Shown here: positions 50,231 through 60,154 of the stretch, in pieces | Layout: the number at the start of each line of letters is the position of its first letter | Numbering within the stretch: position 1 is the stretch's first letter | Source: Candidatus Latescibacterota bacterium | Lineage (GTDB): Bacteria; Latescibacterota; UBA2968; SICM01 | DNA: 64,000 nt | NCBI GenBank assembly: GCA_965217865.1 | Contig: CBDCJO010000002.1 | Coordinates: forward strand, 3,776,001-3,840,000 | Direction of reading: 5' to 3' | The notes under the pieces: model-generated | The model's database searches: none | What the model was told of the DNA's origin: nothing | Seen by the model: only the letters and a program-made list of their open reading frames with translations | Translations under genes and position numbers: made by a program

Positions 50231-51265
50231 TCACATCTTAGGAGGTGATGCATAAAGCGGGGCATAGCGAACGGGGTCATTCACGGCCAGATTCAGGGCC
50301 GATGCGGTCTCCCGATTGATCCGGATAACTTCCTCGGAACCCACCTGGACCGGTCCAAGACATGCCCGAAAATCTTTTAAAGTGCTGGCGATGATGAAGG
50401 TTTCTGGAGCCATCGCATCATCTGAAATCCGATCGATCCACGCTTTCCTGCTTTTTTTGAGGATATGGATCTTCTCCAGCGGACAGGTCACGATCGGACC
50501 CGCATCAAATATATCGACCATACCCTGGAATTCGAACCCCTCTTCCTGCAGGATTTTTAGGGCTGGTTTTGTCCTTTCGTGAACCTGTCCGATCAAACCC
50601 TGGACTTTGTTCGGGAACAAAGAGATATAAATTGGATGAGAAGGCATGAGCTCTGCGATGAATCTCTTGTCCAGAACACTCAGGTAGTCCGCCTCGGAGA
50701 AATTCAGATCGAAAAAGTGCCTCCCCAAGGCCTCCCAAAACGGGGGGGATCCCCGATCATCGCTGACGCCGCGCATTTCTGCAATTACCGTCGGTGTGAA
50801 TGCAAAGGGGTGTTCCGCCATAAAAAGGAAACGGCTCTTCGATAAGAATCTTCCGAGACCCGCCTTGCGGTATTCGGGGGAAAGGAAGAGGGTGCCGATT
50901 TCGCAAGGTCCATTGTGCTCAGCGACCAGATGAAGAACCTGAATCTCCTTGCGAACTTTCAACGTCCTGGATTCGTGAACAACCTTTTTTACTTGATACG
51001 CATAAAAAGGCTCGTATCCCCCCACCTTTGAGACAATCCCGCTGCATCCGACAATTCGAGAGGTATTGAGATCTTCGAGGACAAAGAAATAGAATTCCCC
51101 CTCGGGTTCCTCCGGAATCAGCTTAAAACTTCTTGCGGATTTATCGATCCTTTTACGAAGAATTTTCGGGTCGTGCGGCAGAGTGGTCAAGCTGACATCC
51201 CCCCGGCCTGCCAGTTCCGTGACCGCATCCAGATCATCAAGCCTTACAGGTCGAAAGATTACCAT
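50231..51265 (-). CDS. astA: Arginine N-succinyltransferase
   Basis: TTLPHD, EIGTLFL, LSKSRFLF, IAEMRG, PFWEALGRHFF, VDIFDAGP. Confidence 0.93.
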   Translation of the reverse strand: MVIFRPVRLDDLDAVTELAGRGDVSLTTLPHDPKILRKRIDKSARSFKLIPEEPEGEFYFFVLEDLNTSRIVGCSGIVSKVGGYEPFYAYQVKKVVHESRTLKVRKEIQVLHLVAEHNGPCEIGTLFLSPEYRKAGLGRFLSKSRFLFMAEHPFAFTPTVIAEMRGVSDDRGSPPFWEALGRHFFDLNFSEADYLSVLDKRFIAELMPSHPIYISLFPNKVQGLIGQVHERTKPALKILQEEGFEFQGMVDIFDAGPIVTCPLEKIHILKKSRKAWIDRISDDAMAPETFIIASTLKDFRACLGPVQVGSEEVIRINRETASALNLAVNDPVRYAPLYASPPKM

Positions 51266-51472
51266 AGCTTTTCACCAGGAATATAGTCTTGAAAGGGAGC
51301 TTCATCCTGTCCTGTCGTAAGCGATCTACTTACTGTCAAAAAGCCGACGTCACCCCGGAACTCTTCATGAATATGCATTCCCATTCTTTCTCCTGTAAAA
51401 ATATGTAAAGCGTGAATCGATAAGAGGCAATGAACGACCCGCATCCGGGAGGGCCTGGGGGAACCGCAACTG

Positions 51473-51808
51473 TCACTGATCTTCTACTTCCATCAGGATC
51501 CGACGGTTGATTTGCGTCACCACATAGGGGACAAGAAAGGGAATCAGGAGGTACAGCGCCCCGTACACGGGCATTTGCCCAATGCTCTCTGCCAAATGGG
51601 ACATGTGGGAGGTGCCATTGAAGACGTGCTCATTCAACTCCAACAGGCCGTGTATACTTATCCCCACGGTACCAGAGGCCATCAAGGGCCTGGAAAACAC
51701 GTATTTGATGAAACGCCATGCGCCTGTCATCGCACAGAGACTCCTGAGTACATGGGTTAACAGGGGAAAGAGCCCGCTTCGACCCTTCTTTTGCAAATCG
51801 GATGTCAA
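51473..51808 (-). CDS. Hypothetical small membrane protein
   Basis: 111-aa ORF with two hydrophobic segments (..LIPFLVPYVV..). Confidence 0.45.
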   Translation of the reverse strand: MTSDLQKKGRSGLFPLLTHVLRSLCAMTGAWRFIKYVFSRPLMASGTVGISIHGLLELNEHVFNGTSHMSHLAESIGQMPVYGALYLLIPFLVPYVVTQINRRILMEVEDQ

Positions 51809-52194
51809 ACCGATAATTCAGATAGATCAGGAAGGCGATTTTCTATAAATAACAGATGCTTAGAGAGTAAAAATGATACACCGAAGGCAGCCTGGAGAGG
51901 GACAGGATCCCATGATGATGTCATAGTTTCACGAAATATCGTGATAGTCCTTGGCCGGTAAGGGGTCTGTGGTTACGCCCCAGGCGATGGCTTCTCGATT
52001 CCCAGCCTATTCATTATCGTTTCTAACGTGATCAACCTCAGCCATGAGCGGTCGGCGTCTACCGGTTATCATAACCTGATTCACAGTCAATAGGATTTCT
52101 CTTCTGAATTCTCTGTCTGAAATTCTTACAATATAGATACAGATCCTCAAATAACCATTTCTACCGTTGAGGAATTGCAACCCTCTGCAAGTTA

Positions 52195-52227
52195 AAGGGG
52201 GTTACAGCGTAGTTGCTGTAACCCCTT
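52195..52227 (-). terminator. Hairpin downstream of the tRNA fragment
   Basis: 11-bp stem GGGGTTACAGC / GCTGTAACCCC. Confidence 0.6.
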
Positions 52228-52235
52228 GGTTATAT

Positions 52236-52280
52236 TGGTCGGGGTGGTCGGATTTGAACCGACAATCCCCTGCTCCCAAA
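52236..52280 (-). tRNA. 3' half of tRNA-Pro(TGG), fragment (att-site-like)
   Basis: TTTGGGA-GCAGG-GGATT-GTCGG-TTCAAAT-CCGAC-CACCCCG-ACCA. The 5' half is absent. Confidence 0.8.
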
Positions 52281-52774
52281 CCGATATCGGGTTCCGGATG
52301 TTATGACGGAACCTTGATTTTTAAATGCGCCCTTCTTCTGCATCAAACACGTCGAATAGGGTGACCACGGACTTATTCGATGGGATATACATGGGGATGT
52401 AGTCCTCCAGGTAGAGCTGAGACGCAATCGGAAGTTCGCTTATACGCAGCTCTCTCATCTGGTTGTTCCATTTCACGATCTCAGATCGATCGCGTGGGAC
52501 CGCGTGTTCCGTGATCCAACGAGCCACCTCGTCGTCATCCGCCCCGGTGGCCACAAACTCCATAAACTCGATAGCGTTGATTGTAGTGAAGTCGAAGAAC
52601 CTTCGATCGAGCTTGCAGTTGAACTCGTAGTCACCGAGCGCGCCGGCGAGATTATCTTTTGTCTGAGATCGCCCGAAAAAACGGGGGCAAGGTCGAAGCA
52701 AGATCCTGGTTGCCTGTAGGGTTGAGAAGGGATACATATTTTGGGATATCCCTGACCTCACAGGAGGAGTAAAG

Positions 52775-53110
52775 ATGGAGCAACTGTCCTCAAACAGTGA
52801 CCCGGTCAAGAAGCGCAGGAGCTTGTCCCCGGAACAGAAGTATGAGATTTTCCTTGAAGCCAGCCGGGGAGATGTTCCCATTGCACAGGTGCTGCGGAAA
52901 TGGGGCATTCATTCCTCGGATCTAAAGCGTATTCGTGAGTCGGTCAAGTCCGGGGCCCTCAAGGAGTTCAAGGGTCGCCGGAGCCGCAAGCCGATGGTAT
53001 CGGCTGAGGAGGTGGAGCAGCTGCGCAAAGAGCGGGCACGCCTGGAGCAAACGATCATTGAGCAATCTGTGGAACTTTCCCTGCTAAAAAAAAGTGTGAA
53101 TGGGATCTGA
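52775..53110 (+). CDS. IS3-family OrfA (HTH + leucine zipper)
   Basis: SPEQKYEI...VLRKWGI, coiled coil, ends LLKKS over an A8G slippery run. Confidence 0.85.
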   Translation: MEQLSSNSDPVKKRRSLSPEQKYEIFLEASRGDVPIAQVLRKWGIHSSDLKRIRESVKSGALKEFKGRRSRKPMVSAEEVEQLRKERARLEQTIIEQSVELSLLKKSVNGI

Positions 53111-53133
53111 CAGGCCCGATCAAGGGCCACCGG

Positions 53134-54165
53134 GTGCAAGCTGAGGTCAAACGCGAGATCCTCTTAATGGTCTATCGGGCCAAGGAGAAAGGGGTGAAAC
53201 TCACCCGTTCTTGCGAGATCCTACAGCTTCCCCTCCAGCGGTATTGTGCCTGGAGCCGGCGAGATCGAGAAGAGAAGCTGGATGGGGTGTCGGACCCGCT
53301 TTTGGATGGGAAGCCCGGGCCCGCCCCTGATGAGGCCCCACACGGATTGCTGAGGGAGGAGAAAGAGCAAATCCCGGCCCTCTTAAGGGATGAGACCTAT
53401 GCCGATCTGCCTCCCCATCAGCTGGCGGTGGTAGCCTCAGAGAAGGGGGTAGTGCAGGCCTCGGCCTCCAGCTTCTACCGACAGGCCAGGAAAGAACGTC
53501 TGGCACGCAGGAAACAGGTGAGGACGCCGGTCAAGCAGAGCAAGCCCCAGGTCAAACCTGAAGGTCCTAATCAGGTCTGGAGCTGGGACCTGACCTACAT
53601 CCCATTTTTCGGTTTGTTCCTGTATTTTACCGCCATTCTCGACGTGTATTCCAGGAAGATCGTAGGATGGAAGCTCTCCTTCAACGCGACCGTGGAGCAG
53701 GTCAAACAGGCCTGGGATCAAGCCCTTGCCAACGAAGGACTGCTGGACCTGGACACTGGGCCCATAAGCTTGACAGCCCTCTCAGATCACGGATCTCAGA
53801 TGAAGGCCAAATCGATGGCCCAATTCTTCAAGGACCTGGGCATCTCGCAGCTGTTTGCCCGATATCAAACACCCACGGACAACGCCTGGATCGAAGCCTT
53901 TTTCCGGACATTCAAATACGACTGGCTGCGCTTCCAGGACATCTTCACATTCCATCAACTGGAAGGCCTGATTGATTCCTTCATTCACAGCTACAACGCC
54001 GAACGCTATCACGGGGCAATACAGTATGTCACGCCTCTTCAGAGGCATAAAGGCCAGCATCAAAAGATTCTTCACCACCGACAAGGTCGAAAGGAGGAGG
54101 CTCGGCAGCGCCGCATAGAAATCAATCGGCAAAGAACATCCCAGACCATCCACAAGGCTGCCTGA
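53134..54165 (+). CDS. IS3-family OrfB, rve integrase core (probably fused to OrfA by -1 frameshift)
   Basis: PNQVWSWDLTY, LDVYSRKIVGW, SDHGSQ, DNAWIEAFF. The -1 frame is open from the A8 run near 53086-53093. Confidence 0.9.
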   Translation: MQAEVKREILLMVYRAKEKGVKLTRSCEILQLPLQRYCAWSRRDREEKLDGVSDPLLDGKPGPAPDEAPHGLLREEKEQIPALLRDETYADLPPHQLAVVASEKGVVQASASSFYRQARKERLARRKQVRTPVKQSKPQVKPEGPNQVWSWDLTYIPFFGLFLYFTAILDVYSRKIVGWKLSFNATVEQVKQAWDQALANEGLLDLDTGPISLTALSDHGSQMKAKSMAQFFKDLGISQLFARYQTPTDNAWIEAFFRTFKYDWLRFQDIFTFHQLEGLIDSFIHSYNAERYHGAIQYVTPLQRHKGQHQKILHHRQGRKEEARQRRIEINRQRTSQTIHKAA

Positions 54166-54551
54166 ATCTTGCTTGGACCTTTATCTACTTTTCTCTTGTT
54201 ATCTCAGAATAGATACAAGATAGGCGCGGCACTTGTCGAGCGCCCGGCCAGCAAAGACATAGTCTGCGATCTTCTCCCTCGGGCTTCGCGGATATTCGGT
54301 GTTCAGATCCCTGGCAAGCCGGTTGAGCTTCTCGTGATCGATCTCAAATGGAAAGTCCATCTTCTCCAGCCGTTGAACAGACTTGTCTGGAACGGCCTGT
54401 TCGGAATGCACAGCAAACGTTGTCATGGTTCTGCCTTTCTTCTGTGGGATATGCTTTCCAGGAATCTGCAAAGGACGACTTCACGAAGCTTTTCAGCCCA
54501 TACCCATTTTCTACCTTTTCTGCTTTCTCCCATCGGATCTAAGCCTTCCCA

Positions 54552-55055
54552 TCAGTGATTGAACACGGTGACTTTAGGAACCAGATTGACGGGTAGAACC
54601 TTCAGTGTGTCCTCGTGTGGGGGCGATAGGATGCAATGGAGATCGACCCGCTCGTCCTCGCGCACTGGGACTTCCGACCCGTCAGGCGAAAAGATGGTCT
54701 GCTGGTGTCGGCCGACAGAGGCAAAGACCGACTCGCATCGATGGACCAATAACACGTTTGAACCTTCCGTCAGGAAGAGGCCCCTCCTTTCGTCCTGGTA
54801 GTCCTCCTCGAGGGTGTGCCGCTGGTAAACCAGGAACCAGTCACGGCCTATCTGGCCGTTCATCCACTGGTTCCACTGGTCCACGGCGCCATCACGGGCT
54901 ATAGTGGCTCCGGCCAGGGTGCTTTTTCCGATTTCTGGCACCCCCAGGTCGAAGGCGTAAGTGTAAAACTGCCATTCCTGGGTGATGCGCCATAGAAAAC
55001 GATAAAGATCGGCTTCGTCCGCAGGGTTCAGGAGCCGACTGAGTTGCTTAAACAC
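54552..55055 (-). CDS. Hypothetical protein
   Basis: 167-aa ORF with GAGG RBS; no recognised motif. Confidence 0.55.
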   Translation of the reverse strand: MFKQLSRLLNPADEADLYRFLWRITQEWQFYTYAFDLGVPEIGKSTLAGATIARDGAVDQWNQWMNGQIGRDWFLVYQRHTLEEDYQDERRGLFLTEGSNVLLVHRCESVFASVGRHQQTIFSPDGSEVPVREDERVDLHCILSPPHEDTLKVLPVNLVPKVTVFNH

Positions 55056-55832
55056 GATATTTCCTCATGCCGTAATAGGTAGATATAATGACTGATTTGC
55101 GATGAGGCACCTTGCTCTTCTGACTTCCATATGACATAAGAACAATATTTATGCCAAAACAAAAAGCCACCCAGGAAATATCCCTAAGTGACGAAATATC
55201 AGCTAGAAATCCTTTTTATCAACAGTGCGCTACTGTCGTGTCCCGGAAATTCCTTCAATAATTTCTCGGATAGCGGTCTGTAAACCCTGAACGGAGCGAA
55301 GGATCTCTATGTCCCGAACTATCAGACAGTTGGTGCGTTCTTCGCTCGCTCGCTCTCGATCAAAATGACAGCCACCGCTACGTTTTTGGAGACTTTCTTT
55401 TGTAAGGAACTTCTGGGACACGACACTACCTGATTCAAGGCATTGTCTTATTCACGTTATTTCGTGAGTTCCCCAATATATAATGAGTCCTAAGAGCTGA
55501 TAGGCGACTTTTATCTTTCAGATCGGCTGCCCCAAACCGGCATCGCAAGGTGATCACGTAGCCAGAATAGGACGGGGATTTAGGGGAATCTTATTCTTTA
55601 TCAGATAGTGGTCCCTCTCTTAGCCCTCTTTATCTTCTCTGTCGCACCAGTGGAAACGATAATGTTGTTGGGTTAGAAGATCTGAAGATAACGAATCACG
55701 GTTTTCGACTCGAAAATATTAGAAAAGTTCCTGTTGCTTACGGAACCGCTGTTGACGACGTAGTAAATCCTTTCAGCTTTTCGTGGTTTCATAAGCTACC
55801 CTACGAGGATTGATGAAAGGTTTGCCTTCCTA

Positions 55833-56935
55833 TCAATTTAATATCCAGTAAATACCCCCACTCAATGTCGCGGCAATGGGAAGGGTTAAAATCCAGGACA
55901 AAAGAATTTCCGACCCAACACGAACATTCCCTTTCTTTGTGGCAAGACCGATACCAAAGAGGGAACCAACAGATACGTGAGTTGTAGAAACAGGCATACC
56001 CAGCCGACTCGCAAAGATAACCAGCGCGCCGGTGAACCCTTGCCCATGATTGAGAGGCGTGATTTTGTGGCTCATCGTCTCAGCCACCTTTTTGGCGTTC
56101 AGCAGCCCGCCAGCGGCCATACCGATTGCTACGGCAACCACTCCCGATTGGACACCCAGTGCCTGGAGGGAAAGAAGGAGAGCTACAATTTTGGGAGTAT
56201 CATTCAGGCCCCGGGCAAAACTTACGATACCTGAGCTCAGGTAGTGAGCAAAATCCAAGGCTTTTTGAGTGTTAATTCCCAGCACTTTTCCTGTGTACAG
56301 CGGCATACAATTCTCTTTCGTATCCAAGATGGCATCGAACGTTTTCGTCCAATTGAGTGCGAGGGCAGAAGTCGGCTGGGGAATGGGAAACACATTCCCG
56401 GTTTCACCGACACAAACACACTGCTCTTTGGTAATTCCCATATGAATCCTGATGCCCCGAAACAGCAAATAACCTAAGGATCCCAGGATTACGGCAATCA
56501 ATGGGCTCGCTAAAAGGGGAAGGAAAAAAGAATTTCCTAAAATGCCAAAATTAACCTGTGTTCCAACAGCTGTAAGACCGACTCCCACAAGAGCGCCGGT
56601 CAGGCTGTGTGTCGTCGAGATGGGAAATCCTCTCAGAGTTGCAAAAATCACAGTGAGTCCGGCGCCTATTGCAACTGCCAGGAGAAAGTTTGGAGAGGCT
56701 GCCAGATCATCAGGCACAAATCCCTTCCCAGAGAAGCGAACGAAAAGGGACTTGGCCAAAACGATGGAGAATATCGACCCCGCAAAGGTCGTTATAGTTG
56801 CCCACCAAATTGCCATTCTGTAATTTGTAGTTTTACTCCCATATAGCGTTGCCACCCCTTTGAAATTATCATTCGCACCGTTCGAATAGGCCAAAAAAAG
56901 CAAGTCGCTAATACGATTATGATCCAAACCGTCAT
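55833..56935 (-). CDS. PiT-family inorganic phosphate transporter (T7 homopolymer frameshift near the start)
   Basis: NGANDNFK, PISTTHS, GLNDTPK, PVSTTHV. The ATG at 56935 with GGAGG RBS is out of frame by one base. Confidence 0.88.
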
Positions 56936-57288
56936 TCAGCTACCTCCAACTGAATCACCCCCAGGAGGGAGGTTGGTTTCCCAACCCTCCAACTTTCGAA
57001 GTTGGGATTTGCCGGGAGACTTGCCTTCTGCTCAGAAAATCATCTCTCTTCCGAAACGAAAAGGCTTGAAGAGCATCGAAAATGGGTGAATTCACTGTGC
57101 CAAGAAGGGGAAAATAGGTTTCGGCCACGGTTTCTACCGCATTGAGCAGTATGCCGACTTCCTCATTGCTGAAGAGGTTTTCAATCAGCGTATAACTGGT
57201 GGAAGTCGAAGACTTTGTTTGGATCGAGGTGCATGGGATATTCCTTCAACCGGTTTTTTTACGTCATAAATAATTGCGCATATAAAAT

Positions 57289-57985
57289 TGAGGATGGACA
57301 ATGGACGATTGACGATGGAAAAGACCGTGAGAAGGCAAAAGGCAGTAGCAAGTAAGGCCCTTCCGCCCATCCCCACCGGAATACAGAATATAGAAGAATA
57401 CCTAAATTCAACTCAGTCGGCAGGACGTGAGTGTTCCGTTCACCCCCACCGGAATACAGAATACAGAATACAAGAGTCAGAAGAAGACCTAAAAAAGCGA
57501 GGGGTCAGAGGCCAGGGACCCTTCCGCCCATCCCTACCGGAATACAGAATACAGAATACAGGAGTCAAAAAAGCCGCGAAACGTCAAACGTGTAAGTCCC
57601 TTCCACCCATCCCCACCGGAAGACAGAATACAGGAGTCAGAAGAAGACCTAAAAAAGCGAGGGGTCAGAGGCCAGAGGTCAGAGGTCAGGGAAAAGAAAA
57701 ACCGTGAAACGTGATACGGCAAAAAAAGGCAGTAGCAAGTAAGGCCCTTCCGCCCATCCCTACCGGAATACAGAATACAGAATACAGGAGTCAGAAGAAG
57801 ACCTAAAAAAGCGAGGGGTCAGAGGCCAGAGGTCAGAGACCCTTCCGCCCATCCCCACCGGAATACAGAATACAAAAGTCAGAAGAAAACCTAAATTCAG
57901 CTCAGTCTGCGAGCCCGTTGAAGCGAAAATCTACGGAACATATGCGCAATTACTTAAGACGTTAACCCGTGGATCGTGGATCGGC
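57289..57985 (+). repeat. Mosaic array of shuffled modules and heptamer tandem repeats
   Basis: Six copies of CCCTTCCGCCCATCCC(C/T)ACCG (57358, ~57432 degenerate, 57519, 57598, 57745, 57840), each followed by (GAATACA)n. Also (GAGGTCA)n, TGGACAA/TGACGAT, CGTGAAA and CGTGGAT heptamers. Confidence 0.9.
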
Positions 57986-58065
57986 CTTTCCTTGCCATTT
58001 TCAGTAATCCTGCCTCTTTCTCCTGCCACTGTCATCTGTCGCAGGCTCAATATAATCTTCAATCG

Positions 58066-59094
58066 TCAATGCCTCTCTGCGTATCCCTTCCTCAACAGCT
58101 CCCCGTTTAAAAACCGCCCGTTTCTCAGCGCATCTTCCGCCGTCCCTTTTCGGTGCAGATAAAACAGGTCCGCCAGATACCGGTCGTACTTGTCCGGCTT
58201 CGTCGTCGTGATTGCCACAGACGTATTTTCTGAAAGCGCTGACGCCACGAATGCCCTGGCCTGCTGGCCCTCCCTGGTCCGAAGTTCCGGCGTGTCGATC
58301 CCTCTCAGCCGCACCTTCTGGCGGCTCCACACCTGGAACCCGCAGTCCACGTCCAGCCATATGGTGTCCCCGTCGATTACACGCTCCACGTAGGCCCGGT
58401 AGGAATAAAAGGCCCGCCTGTGGCGAATTGTCCGAAGCCTGAAAACCGGTTCCCCGTCACCCGGACCCCGAACCGCCTCCGCGAAGGTGCCTTCTTGGGG
58501 ATTATCGAGCCGATCCAGCGGCCTTTTTAGAAGGATTCCGAACCCCAGATCCAGGCGGAGGCCCCTTCCCCCCGGAGTTTCTATCAGTCGGTAGGTCCAG
58601 GGCTGTCCCCGCTTGGCCCGGAGTCGTGCCACCGGACTCTGTTGCGGTTGCTTAAGGCTCTTTGGGGGGAGAGAACAAGCGTGGATCTGGGCGGCCAGTT
58701 CCCGGGTGCTCCAACCGTATCTATCTGCTTTCTGAGCAAGGAGATACCGTTCGTCATCAGACGGCAGTTTTATCAGTCTTCGGTAGTGCGTCCAGGTCAA
58801 TTTTGAACGCGCGTGCAGAATTGGAAACGACCGGTGAAACCGAAGAGATTCATACAAAATCCTCTCGCTGATCCCCACGTCCTTCGCCATCCTGGCAATC
58901 ACCTGATCTCCGTAACCAGCCTTGGCCTTGATGGCAAGCAAATGCGCCTGGATCAATCCCCCAACCTCCCAGTAGGTCCTGACCTTTTCCCGTTCCACTG
59001 CCTGACGAGCCCGTTCCTTCCCCGCACTTAGAACCTTTGCGACTTCATCGCGTAAGGCGGTGTAAGTATTTATGATAAGGGGGTTGGGGTTCAT
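58066..59094 (-). CDS. DUF1016 (YhcG) N-terminal domain fused to a thermonuclease (SNase) domain; likely start 59094
   Basis: YWEVG..I, YGDQVI, LTWTHYRRLI, WSTREL (DUF1016_N). VIDGDT, VRLRGIDTPE, DKYDRYLA, LNGELLRKGYA (SNase). Confidence 0.88.
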   Translation of the reverse strand: MNPNPLIINTYTALRDEVAKVLSAGKERARQAVEREKVRTYWEVGGLIQAHLLAIKAKAGYGDQVIARMAKDVGISERILYESLRFHRSFPILHARSKLTWTHYRRLIKLPSDDERYLLAQKADRYGWSTRELAAQIHACSLPPKSLKQPQQSPVARLRAKRGQPWTYRLIETPGGRGLRLDLGFGILLKRPLDRLDNPQEGTFAEAVRGPGDGEPVFRLRTIRHRRAFYSYRAYVERVIDGDTIWLDVDCGFQVWSRQKVRLRGIDTPELRTREGQQARAFVASALSENTSVAITTTKPDKYDRYLADLFYLHRKGTAEDALRNGRFLNGELLRKGYAERH

Positions 59095-59258
59095 CGACTG
59101 AATCCTCTTCATCTTAGTGGCGCGTACCGGAATTAGCCTTGGGTCCAACCCAATTGTGAACACGCGTTCACAATTGGAATCGTGCGGTACAACCGAAGCG
59201 CCTCGTTCATCTTTTTGGTTGCGGTTGAGTGGAAGCAAAGCCCGCGATAGGCTTGGAG

Positions 59259-60115
59259 TTACAACCCCTTCCTGTCCCGGGACCTTTTGTCTCTCACCGG
59301 CGTCCCGCTGTGATAGAACCCTCGCATACACCGGTTCCTCCAGTCTGCGGAGGCGTCGTACAACTTTTCCTTCGTGTCGATCGTGTTGATCAGGACGGCC
59401 GGTGCGGTCTCGCCTTGCTCACGATAACACCCTCGGCATTGAGGACGAAGCTTCCCCAGGCGTAGCGCCGGGTGCCATTGTTGGTGCTCATGGCGAAGTA
59501 GTTGCTGCCGGCCGCAGCCTGGAGGGTGGCTGGTACGGACATCGTGTAATGGTCATACTGCTTCAAGGTCATTCCCGCATTGTGGAAGGAGACGAGCATA
59601 AGCTGAACCCCCCGCTTCTTGTATTCACGGAAGAGCTCCGGGTAGCGGAAGTCGTGGCAGATGAGAAGGCCGCATTTGACGTCCCGCACCTTGAAAGTGA
59701 CAAAGGCCTCGCCCGGACTGTAGTGTTCTAAGTCGCCCCTCTTGTCGTCCTTCCCCGTACAGAACATCTTGTCATATCGATTCGCGAGCCTTCCCCGGTC
59801 GTCGATGACATAAAGCGAATTGTGAGGTTTATGGTTTCCGGAGAGTCTGTGGTTACAACCCACGACGGTCCACAGACGCAGCTCTCCCGCGAGCGACATG
59901 ATCCTGCGCATACAGTCGGTGACGCTGTCCCAGTCCGTATCCCGTGAAGACTTGAGCTCGCTGCCGAGATAGCCGGAGAGGCAGGCCTCTGAGAAGTGCA
60001 CCAGATGCGCGCCCTTCGCTTTCGCGTCCATCATCTGACGTGTGATGGCGCGCAGGTTCTTCTCGGGCGTTTTTTCGATGTGGAACTGGCAGGTCGCCAG
60101 GACGATTTTAGCCAT
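59259..60115 (-). CDS. Carbon-nitrogen hydrolase family protein (frameshift near 59400)
   Basis: FSEACLSGY, RYDK, ICHDFRYPE triad. The C-terminus continues AVLINTIDTKEKLYDAS in another frame. Confidence 0.85.
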
Positions 60116-60154
60116 ACTGAGGGACCTCCCGAATCGGTGTAGTTGTGGTGAGAA

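Larger units (their letters stand above)
52653..54217 (+). mobile_element. IS3-family insertion sequence (1,565 bp)
   Basis: 4-bp TSD AGAT (52649-52652, 54218-54221). Imperfect IRs share TCTGAGAT. orfA/orfB arrangement. Confidence 0.88.
52321..54471 (-). pseudogene. DUF5069-like protein split by an IS3-family element
   Basis: PRSPREKIADYVFAGRALDKCRAY joins LAGALGDYEFNCKLDRRFF after removing 52653-54221. Confidence 0.85.

Noticed and set aside
55490-55623. Possible MITE bounded by CTAAGAG...CTCTTAG
   Set aside because: Only 7 bp of terminal match, with no disrupted gene or second copy to support it.
57288-57707. 139-aa ORF across the repeat array
   Set aside because: Low-complexity translation of heptamer repeats (EYRIQ, RGQR); no evidence it is a real protein.
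57340-57910. CRISPR array
   Set aside because: Spacers are reused and variable in length, the repeat is not palindromic, and no cas1/cas2 is in the window.
59095-59331. N-terminal extension of the 421-aa DUF1016-SNase ORF
   Set aside because: It overlaps the frameshifted nitrilase C-terminus; a better RBS and start lie at 59094.
2686-59400. Programmed frameshifting or phase variation in REase, KAP, hydrolase, permease, PiT and nitrilases
   Set aside because: Many unrelated genes carry single-base indels, often in short homopolymers, which is more simply long-read error or decay. Only the IS3 A8G site fits a known programmed signal.
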